Shown: piece after piece, positions 57,389 to 64,000 of the stretch
Layout of the letters: the number at the start of each line of letters is the position of its first letter
Position numbering within the stretch: position 1 is the stretch's first letter
DNA from: an uncultured Chloroflexia bacterium
GTDB lineage: Bacteria; Chloroflexota; Limnocylindria; Limnocylindrales; CSP1-4
DNA: 64,000 nucleotides
Assembly (NCBI GenBank): GCA_963768655.1
Contig: CAVYIM010000004.1
Location: 154,500 to 218,499 of the forward strand
Direction of reading: 5' to 3'
Made by a program: the position numbers and the translations under genes
The notes under the pieces: generated by a model
What the model saw: only the letters and a program-made list of their open reading frames with translations
Database searches by the model: none
What the model was told of the DNA's origin: nothing

Positions 57389-58036
57389 TTGCAGCGCTGC
57401 TGGCCCAGGCTGGAATCCAGCCTTGCGCTCTTCACTGAGTCGCAGGCCGCGGCCGCGAACACGTTCGCCGCCGGGACCTGGGCCTTCTACCTGCACAACA
57501 ACCCGACTCCGCCGACCGCCAACACGACGGCCCAGGTCAACCTGGTCATGAACTCGACCGTCCCGACCGCAGCGACGCTCTATCAGTACTCGACCAACTG
57601 CTCCGCCCATGCGGGACGGCGCCTGACCCGTGCCGCGCCCAGTCCCACCCAGGCGACTGTGTGCGATTACGAGAACTGGCGCACCGCGGCGCTCACGGTG
57701 CCCGTGATTCTGAGCGGCGCGATCACGGTCGACATCTGGACGGCCTCCGACACCGGCACCGCCAACCGGACGGCCGGCATCGTGGCCTATCTGCGCGACT
57801 TCAACCCCGCCGGAGCGGGCACCTATACGGAGATCGCGAACGGCCTGTACACGACGACCTACGTGACTGGCCGGACCTTCTACCACTACCCGATCACCGT
57901 GACGGTGGCCACGGCGTACACGCTGCCCGTGGGTCACCAGCTCGAGTTGAAGCTGGTCGCATCCAACGCCTATCAGGCCGCCGTCCTGGTCGCCTACGAC
58001 ACGACGACCTACTCGTCGTTCTTGAGAATCCGGTAG
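57389..58036 (+). CDS. second SipW-type substrate (secreted protein), N-terminus disrupted by a frameshift
   Basis: The frame-2 ORF starts at a TTG and reads ...SSLALFTESQAAAANTFAAGTW. The matching n- and h-regions (MSVRRLRVPLVLTLAVAALLA) are encoded in another frame from the ATG at 57343, which overlaps the sipW-like stop. Confidence 0.55.
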   Translation: MQRCWPRLESSLALFTESQAAAANTFAAGTWAFYLHNNPTPPTANTTAQVNLVMNSTVPTAATLYQYSTNCSAHAGRRLTRAAPSPTQATVCDYENWRTAALTVPVILSGAITVDIWTASDTGTANRTAGIVAYLRDFNPAGAGTYTEIANGLYTTTYVTGRTFYHYPITVTVATAYTLPVGHQLELKLVASNAYQAAVLVAYDTTTYSSFLRIR

Positions 58037-58105
58037 GTCGGGGTTAGCCGCGCCACTCGCCAAAGAAGGCCCCGCCGATGCCGGAGCCTTCGGAGCTCCG
58101 GGGTA

Positions 58106-58125
58106 GGCCGTCGCGTGCGACGGCC
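58106..58125 (+). terminator. GC-rich hairpin downstream of the TasA/SipW cluster (possible terminator, no U-tract)
   Basis: GGCCGTCG pairs with CGACGGCC around a 4-nt loop. A second hairpin lies just upstream, CCGGAGC (58081-87) paired with GCTCCGG (58095-101). Confidence 0.3.
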
Positions 58126-58228
58126 GGGTGAAGTCTGCGTCGGGATCGCGTCAGGTCATGCCGGACGCGAGGCCGAAAGTCGTAACCTGAATCAGGCCGC
58201 AGGAGAGCGGCCCAAGGCGAGGTGACGT

Positions 58229-59914
58229 GTGAGCGGTAGCACCGTCTCGGGCGAGGTCGAGGCCGTTCGCCGGCGCGCGGCGGACCTGGCGGCGCGACTC
58301 TCGCCGCCGGCGCGCCGCTCGGCCACGATCGCCCAGGAACGTGCGCTCCTGCGCATGGTCGGAGTGGACGGCCTGGATCGGGCCGGTCATCCGCTGGCGG
58401 CGACGATGGCGGAGCGGTACTGCAGCTCCGATCGGGACCGGCTGGCCAGAGGCGTGATCCTGCCGTTCGCCGTGGCCCTGCTCGAGTACGACCTGTCCGC
58501 TCGAGACCTCGGGCTCGAGGTGGCGTCCGGCGCGATCGACCTCGGACTCGAGGCCGAGCTCCTGGACCGACCCGGGCGACTGGCCGCCGCGGAGGCGCAC
58601 GCGACGCGGCTGCTGGCCGCGGCGCTGGCCCGTTTCGACGCCAACCGGACCGCTACCCGGGAGATGCGCGACGTACTGGGGCTCGCCGGCGAGCCCTGGC
58701 TGGGCCTCGCCCTGAACGCGGTCGAGGTTGGGCCCGCCGCCGAGGAGACGAAGGTGCTCGTCGGGGAGGGCGCCGACGTAGTCCAAATTCGAGTGCCTGC
58801 CAGCTGGGAGTTCGCCGAGGCCCGGCGGCATGCGGGCCTGGAGACACCCTGGCTGTTCGAGGGAGCCGGACGGAGCGGCAAGGACGGCCGGAGATCGGGC
58901 GCGCGCGGGTCCGTCGGGCGACTGACCCGGGCTCGCGGCGGGCGAGGTCGGCAGGCGCCGCCGCAGCGGTTCGAGCGCGACCTCGTCCCGGCCGGCAGCC
59001 AGCGGGGTCTGGCCGCGCTCCGGAAGGCGGCCGACGACGCGGCCGCGGAACGCGGCTGCTACGCCAGCCTGATGACGGTCACCTCCGCCTTCGCCGCGCC
59101 CGAGCAGGCCGTCGTGGCAGCCTTCGAGCGAATCGACCTGGTCGAGGCCGATCCGATCCGCGAGATCGTCGAGGAGAACGTCGATCCGGAGCGCGCCCTG
59201 GCGGACCACGCCTTTGCGCACTGGCTTCACGCCCGGGCCGGCTGCCGCGTCGTGATGGGGCCCGGGCCGCTGGCGCTCGGCGCCGACGTGGCCAGCGGCA
59301 TTCCTTCCGACGCCGCGACGCGGGCCGGCCGAGCCCTGGCTCTTCAGGCCCTGGGCGTCGAGCTCGCCCTCGCCGACGGTCTGGCCGCGGACCGACTTAT
59401 GCTGGGCGCGGTGCCGGACTGGGTCGGCGGCGCGGAGTGGGTCGCCGGCGAGAGTGACTCACGCGCGATCCTGGTTCAGGCATGGCTGCGGAGCCTGGTC
59501 TTTCCCGGGCACCGTCTGGTCGTCGGCGAGCCACGGGCGGAGAGCCAGCCAAACTGCCGAACCTCGGCCCTGATTGCGGCGCTCTCGGGGGCCGCGGCGT
59601 CACTTGTGGTCCGGGATCGGGCCGGAGGCGGCGTCTCCGAGTCGGCCGCGGACCTTGGAGCCGCCGCTTCGACGGCCGCGGCCCTGCGGGCGGCTCTGGG
59701 TGACGGCGCGTTGCACGGAGAGGCGGCGGAGCTGGCGCTTCGGACGTTGCGCGCCGCGAACTCGGCCCTGGAGCGTCTCGGCGGCGAGGGGTGGGGGAGT
59801 CTCATCGGGCCCGCCGGACGTGGCCACGAGGCCGAGAGATTCGGCCGCGGCGCGGTAGTCGAGCGCGCCACGGGCCCCACTTCGAGCGCCAGGCTCCTGG
59901 CGGCCCTGACCTGA
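58229..59914 (+). CDS. lysine 5,6-aminomutase alpha-subunit-like (KamD family TIM-barrel) protein, orphan
   Basis: ERALLRMVGVDGLD resembles KamD ERAVCRLLGIDGVD. GADVVQIRV, ERIDLVEADPI and RVVMG are collinear with my recollection of KamD. GTG start. Confidence 0.45.
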   Translation: MSGSTVSGEVEAVRRRAADLAARLSPPARRSATIAQERALLRMVGVDGLDRAGHPLAATMAERYCSSDRDRLARGVILPFAVALLEYDLSARDLGLEVASGAIDLGLEAELLDRPGRLAAAEAHATRLLAAALARFDANRTATREMRDVLGLAGEPWLGLALNAVEVGPAAEETKVLVGEGADVVQIRVPASWEFAEARRHAGLETPWLFEGAGRSGKDGRRSGARGSVGRLTRARGGRGRQAPPQRFERDLVPAGSQRGLAALRKAADDAAAERGCYASLMTVTSAFAAPEQAVVAAFERIDLVEADPIREIVEENVDPERALADHAFAHWLHARAGCRVVMGPGPLALGADVASGIPSDAATRAGRALALQALGVELALADGLAADRLMLGAVPDWVGGAEWVAGESDSRAILVQAWLRSLVFPGHRLVVGEPRAESQPNCRTSALIAALSGAAASLVVRDRAGGGVSESAADLGAAASTAAALRAALGDGALHGEAAELALRTLRAANSALERLGGEGWGSLIGPAGRGHEAERFGRGAVVERATGPTSSARLLAALT

Positions 59915-60028
59915 CCGAGTCGGGACGTGCCGGCGTCTGCGCGCGTCGGCGTCGGCGCGGCAGATCGCCGGGCCCATGAGCCGCGGCACGCGCCGGCATC
60001 CCTCCTCGCGGTCGAACCCGGTGCTAGG

Positions 60029-61003
60029 ATGGCCGGCGGGACGGGAGCGAGCGCAGAGGAGAGACAACTGAGCAGTTCGAACGAGCGCACGGTCGCGCTC
60101 GGAGGGCGCCATGTGCCGGCCGTTGTGGTCGCCGGGCTGGTCGCCCTCGCGGCAGCCTGGCTCGCCATCGTGTACTTCGCCGAACCGTGGGGCCAGTCCG
60201 CTCTGCCGTCCGGAATGGACGCCCGCTGCTACTGGGTGCCGAGCCTCTCGAACCCGTACCTCCAATCGACCTGGGGCGAGCAGATCGCATACCCGTACTC
60301 GCCCGCCTTCCTGCAAATCCTGCAGCCGATCCGGCTGCTTCCCTGGCAGCTGTTCATGGCCGTCTGGGCCGCGATCCTGATGGCCGCGATGGTCTACCTG
60401 ACCGGCCCACGCCTGATCTTGCTCGGTCTGGCCTTCTTCGGGCTGATGGAGATCTGGGGCGGCAACATCGAGTTGTTGATCGCCGTGGCGATCGTCCTCG
60501 GGTTCCGCTGGCCGGCGACCTGGGCCTTCGTGCTGCTCACCAAGATCACGCCCGGCGTCGGCCTGCTCTGGTTCGCGGTCCGGAGAGAGTGGCGCGCCCT
60601 GGCGATCGCCATGGCCGCGACCGTGGCGGTCGTGGCCGTTTCGGCGGCGATCCAGCCGAATGCGTGGCTGGCGTGGCGCGACGTCCTGGTTTCGAACGCC
60701 GGCAAGAACGGGACGTGGGCGGCGGTCCCGGTCCCGTTCGCGGTGCGCTTCCCGCTCGCCGTGGTGCTGGTCGTATGGGGCGCGCGGACGAACCACCGCT
60801 GGACGGTGCCCGTGTCGGCGATGCTCGCCCTCCCGGCGCTCTGGTACGGCGGCCTGAGCATCATGCTCGCCACTCTGCCGCTGCTGGGGGCGCGGACGTG
60901 GGGTGACGTGCGCCACGTGCTGAGCAGCGGGTGGTCGGAACTTGCCGCCGACATCCAACACTTGCCCCGACCCTTCGGCCGCCGCTCCGCGCCGATCAGT
61001 TGA
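60029..61003 (+). CDS. polytopic membrane protein, GT87/DUF2029-like, paralog 2
   Basis: YPYSPAFLQILQP and LTKITPGVGLLWFAVRREWR parallel the protein at 42756..43760. The start is uncertain (longest ORF begins at 59927). Confidence 0.5.
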   Translation: MAGGTGASAEERQLSSSNERTVALGGRHVPAVVVAGLVALAAAWLAIVYFAEPWGQSALPSGMDARCYWVPSLSNPYLQSTWGEQIAYPYSPAFLQILQPIRLLPWQLFMAVWAAILMAAMVYLTGPRLILLGLAFFGLMEIWGGNIELLIAVAIVLGFRWPATWAFVLLTKITPGVGLLWFAVRREWRALAIAMAATVAVVAVSAAIQPNAWLAWRDVLVSNAGKNGTWAAVPVPFAVRFPLAVVLVVWGARTNHRWTVPVSAMLALPALWYGGLSIMLATLPLLGARTWGDVRHVLSSGWSELAADIQHLPRPFGRRSAPIS

Positions 61004-61444
61004 GCGGAGGCGGCGCCGGGCCGGCCGCTGGGGCGGCCGCCGGGGTCCGCGTGCCGGCCCTCCCGCGCACTGCCCGCCTCACGCCCTTCCCAATGCCCAT
61101 CAGGCGGACATTCGGCAGGGTGTTTGGCCGCCGGGCGAGGCCGGGAAGCCGGGGACGGCCCCAAACCACGCCGGTTCGGCCGCAATTGCCGTCGAAACCG
61201 GTCGTGTCGAGACTCAGGACGGTCGCTGGGCGGTCGAGAGGTGGGCCGCGAGGCCTCTGCAACCGCCTCGAACGCCCGGCCCTTGCCCGATGTCCTCGTG
61301 ATGGGAGATCGGAAGATGGGCGATCGACCCACGTCGGCTCGGGTCGCTCCACCCTCACCCCATCGCCGCCGCCGAGCGCATGCCCCGGCCTTGCTCGTAC
61401 GATAGACGGCAATAGCGGTCAAACGCATCAAGGAGGAGAACCAA

Positions 61445-62119
61445 GTGCCCGAACCTTCTCCGTTGCCGGTCCGCCCCAACGCCTGGCCGACGCTTCATGT
61501 GTCGCGGCATCCCGCGATCCTCCACAAGCTGCGGATCCTGCGGGACGAAAAGACCGAGCCCAAGAAGTTCCGCGAGGTCGTCCGCGAGCTGTCGTGGCTG
61601 CTCGGCTATGAGGCCCTGGCCGACGTCGAGGTCCGCCCTCTCACGGTCACCACGCCGCTCGAGACGACCGACGCCCACGAGCTCGGCGTGCGCATCGGTC
61701 TCGTGCCGATCCTGCGGGCGGGCCTGGGCATGGTCGACGCCATGCTCGAGCTGATGCCCACGGCCGAGGTCTGGCACCTGGGCCTCTTCCGCGACGAGCG
61801 CACGCTCCGGCCGGTCGAGTACTACAACAAGCTGCCGGATTCAGCGACTGTGGACCTGTGCCTGATCCTGGACCCGATGCTCGCGACCGGCGGATCGGCC
61901 ACGGCTGCGATCGAGGTCCTCAAGCGCTGGGGCGCGACGCGGATCAAGCTCGTCAACCTGATCGTGGCGCCCGAAGGGCTCGACGCGGTGACGGCGGCCC
62001 ACCCCGACGTCGAGATCTACTGCGCCGCCGTGGACCGCCAGCTCAACGAGCACGGCTACATCATGCCGGGCCTGGGCGACGCCGGCGACCGCCAGTTCGG
62101 GACCGGCCGGCCCAGCTGA
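61445..62119 (+). CDS. upp: uracil phosphoribosyltransferase
   Basis: The GTG lies 6 nt after AAGGAGGAG. Contains [36 protein letters not shown] and [16 protein letters not shown]. Confidence 0.95.
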   Translation: MPEPSPLPVRPNAWPTLHVSRHPAILHKLRILRDEKTEPKKFREVVRELSWLLGYEALADVEVRPLTVTTPLETTDAHELGVRIGLVPILRAGLGMVDAMLELMPTAEVWHLGLFRDERTLRPVEYYNKLPDSATVDLCLILDPMLATGGSATAAIEVLKRWGATRIKLVNLIVAPEGLDAVTAAHPDVEIYCAAVDRQLNEHGYIMPGLGDAGDRQFGTGRPS

Positions 62120-62140
62120 CCTCAGTTCCTCGCCAACGAG

Positions 62141-62168
62141 AAGCGGGCGGCCTTCCGGCCGCCCGCTT
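62141..62168. terminator. bidirectional hairpin terminator between convergent upp and permease genes
   Basis: A perfect 12-bp stem (AAGCGGGCGGCC paired with GGCCGCCCGCTT) with loop TTCC. T-rich sequence (CGATTCT) follows on the plus strand. Confidence 0.6.
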
Positions 62169-62188
62169 CGATTCTGCGAGGGGTCTGG

Positions 62189-63526
62189 TCAGGAGGCCGC
62201 GGCCGGCGCCTCCGACTTGGCGCCCATGCCGAACTTGTTGAGGATCTGGTAGAGCAGCAGCGCGCCGATGCACGCTGTGCCGATACCGCCGATGGAGAAG
62301 TCGCCCTGGGTGATGGTGAGGTTGCCGGCGCCGAGCGTCAGGGCGACGGCGGCCGTGATGAAGTTCTTGTTGTCGGTGAAGTCGACCTTGTTCTCGACCC
62401 AGATCCGCGCACCGGTGGTGGCGATCAGGCCGAACAGGACGATGGCCATGCCGCCGAGAACGGCCTGCGGGATGGAGAGCACGAGTGCTCCGAACATCGG
62501 CGAGAAGCCGAGAAGGACGGCCACGACGGCCGCGATCACGAACACCAGGCTGGAGTAGATCTTGGTCACGCCCATGACGCCGATGTTCTCGGCGTAGGTT
62601 GTGACGCCTGTGCCACCGCCCGAACCGGAGACCATGGTCGCCACGCCATCGGCCAGGAAGGCACGCCCGATGTACGGATCCAGGTTGCGGCCGGTCATTG
62701 TCGCGACGGCCTTGATATGGCCCAGGTTCTCAGCCACGAGCACGATCGCGACGGGGACGATCAGGGTGATGGCATGGGTGTCGAACTGTGGCGTGGCCAG
62801 CGCGGGCCAGCCGACGAGGGAGGCCTTGCCGATCGAGTCGAGATTGATGTAGGGGCCGCCCAGATGCAGGATGTTCGAAAGCAGGCCGTACAGAAGGTAG
62901 CCGAACACGCCGCCGATGAGGATCGGTAGGCGGCGCGTCACTCCGGGGCCGTACACAGCGACGACGGCCACCGCAAGCGCGGTGATGAGGCCGACGAGGA
63001 TGCCGAAGTTGTCTCCCGCCGCGCGTCCGCTGGTCATGTATCCGACCCCGGATTGGGCAAGGTTCAGGCCGACGACCGCGACGACCGCACCGGTCACGAT
63101 CGGGGGCATCAGGAACTCGACCCACTTGTACCCGACCGCCATGACGATCAGGCCGATCACGGCGTAGACCGCACCGCAGGCGACGATGCCGCCCAGGGCG
63201 ACGGCGATGTTGTGGCCGCCGCCGATGGCCTCAGCCGACAAGACGACGGCGATGAACGAGAAGCTCGAGCCGAGGTAGCTCGGGACGCGGCCGCGGACGA
63301 AGACGAAGAAGATCAGCGTCCCGATGCCAGAGAAGAAGATGGCCGTGTTGGGGTTGAAACCCATGAGGATCGGCGCCAGCACCGTCGCCCCGAACATGGC
63401 GAAGATGTGCTGGATGCCCAACGCCACAGACTGCCCGGCCGGCGGCCGCTCGTCCGGGGCGATGATGCCTTCCCGTTTGACGGTCCACTGGAACATGCCC
63501 CGGACGTATTCGATGGCAGCAGCCAT
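62189..63526 (-). CDS. NCS2-family nucleobase (uracil/xanthine) permease
   Basis: 445 aa and polytopic. Contains ALGIQHIFAMFGATVLAP and TTYAENIGVMGVTK, typical of UraA/PyrP-type permeases. GGAGGAGG lies upstream of the start. Confidence 0.85.
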   Translation of the reverse strand: MAAAIEYVRGMFQWTVKREGIIAPDERPPAGQSVALGIQHIFAMFGATVLAPILMGFNPNTAIFFSGIGTLIFFVFVRGRVPSYLGSSFSFIAVVLSAEAIGGGHNIAVALGGIVACGAVYAVIGLIVMAVGYKWVEFLMPPIVTGAVVAVVGLNLAQSGVGYMTSGRAAGDNFGILVGLITALAVAVVAVYGPGVTRRLPILIGGVFGYLLYGLLSNILHLGGPYINLDSIGKASLVGWPALATPQFDTHAITLIVPVAIVLVAENLGHIKAVATMTGRNLDPYIGRAFLADGVATMVSGSGGGTGVTTYAENIGVMGVTKIYSSLVFVIAAVVAVLLGFSPMFGALVLSIPQAVLGGMAIVLFGLIATTGARIWVENKVDFTDNKNFITAAVALTLGAGNLTITQGDFSIGGIGTACIGALLLYQILNKFGMGAKSEAPAAAS

Positions 63527-63833
63527 GAGCGACCTCCTCCGACCTAAGAGCTCTCCGCCGGGCGTGACGGTCCCATGTCACCAGGGCACCCGGGCGTCCG
63601 ACAAGCGTCGCAAATGGGGCCGGCTCGCGCGTGCCCGCTGCGCAGCCTTGTGTGGGTAACCGGTGGGCAACTCGAGGGTTCGTCCCCATGTGCCACATCG
63701 CGCCGCGACTCGACCCATCGCCGCGTGACCCAGCGCGCCCGGGCTGGCAATATACGATCAGGCAGGCCGCGCCGCGGGGTCATGGACTGGGCATTGGATC
63801 GCGGCCACCCGAACAGCCAGGCATCGGAGCCAC

Positions 63834-64000
63834 ATGACTACCCGGCCGTCTGCACCTCAGCCATCTCCGACTCCTCAGGCATCTGCGGCCCCGCCGGTCG
63901 ACGCGACAGCGTCCGGCGGCCTGACCTCGGCCGAGGCGGCCCAACGACTCCGCCAGGACGGCCCCAACGCCCTCGGCAGCGAGGGCCGTCGCGGACCTCT
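63834..64000 (+). CDS. cation-transporting P-type ATPase, 5' fragment (runs off window)
   Basis: The reading frame is open from the ATG at 63834 to the window end. GLTSAEAAQRLRQDGPNAL is the typical Cation_ATPase_N motif. Confidence 0.55.
   Translation, partial: MTTRPSAPQPSPTPQASAAPPVDATASGGLTSAEAAQRLRQDGPNALGSEGRRGP

Noticed and set aside
63527-63700. Possible PyrR-binding hairpin or riboswitch in the uracil permease leader (CCCGGCGGAGAGCUCUUAGG on the minus strand).
   Set aside because: It only loosely resembles the PyrR loop consensus as I remember it. There is no clear terminator/antiterminator pair and no pyrR gene in the window. A covariance-model scan would be needed.

Overview
This is a GC-rich bacterial chromosomal segment, roughly two-thirds G+C by eye. 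Coding is dense, and many adjacent genes overlap by ATGA or GTGA, which suggests translational coupling. I recognised no rRNA, tRNA, CRISPR array, transposase or integrase.

Gene content from left to right:
- Two sugar ABC permease genes, followed by two tandem GH31 (YicI-like) alpha-xylosidase paralogs.
- A minus-strand operon, hdrC-hdrB-hdrA-mvhD-mvhG-mvhA. It is followed by a hydrogenase maturation protease, a HypA-like gene that lacks the zinc finger, and two tandem ACT-domain paralogs.
- An M20 peptidase and ilvD.
- A PadR regulator with a membrane sensor partner, next to a paralog in which both parts are fused into one protein.
- leuD and leuC, with a 17-bp tandem repeat array in the leuC leader.
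- One 12,996-nt ORF (4,331 aa). It has a signal peptide, an Rhs/YD shell, a glycine-zipper-like segment and a beta/gamma-crystallin-like unit. These are followed by three nucleotide-identical Kelch propellers and 21 FN3 domains, the last seven of which form near-identical 543-bp tandem units.
- A GH3 beta-glucosidase, a small single-pass peptide coupled to a GT87/DUF2029-like membrane protein, and an MMPL transporter.
- An attenuator-like leader, followed by ilvB-ilvN-ilvC-leuB-cimA-pheA.
- A PilZ protein facing away from a cluster of TasA-like protein, SipW-type signal peptidase and a second SipW substrate. The signal peptide of the second substrate is split by a 1-nt frameshift.
- An orphan KamD-like protein, a second GT87-like paralog, upp, a uracil/xanthine permease, and the 5' end of a P-type ATPase.

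The strongest candidates for new biology are the giant Rhs-Kelch-FN3 protein and the non-Bacillus SipW/TasA-like cluster.

All family assignments come from motif recognition by eye. No database search was run.
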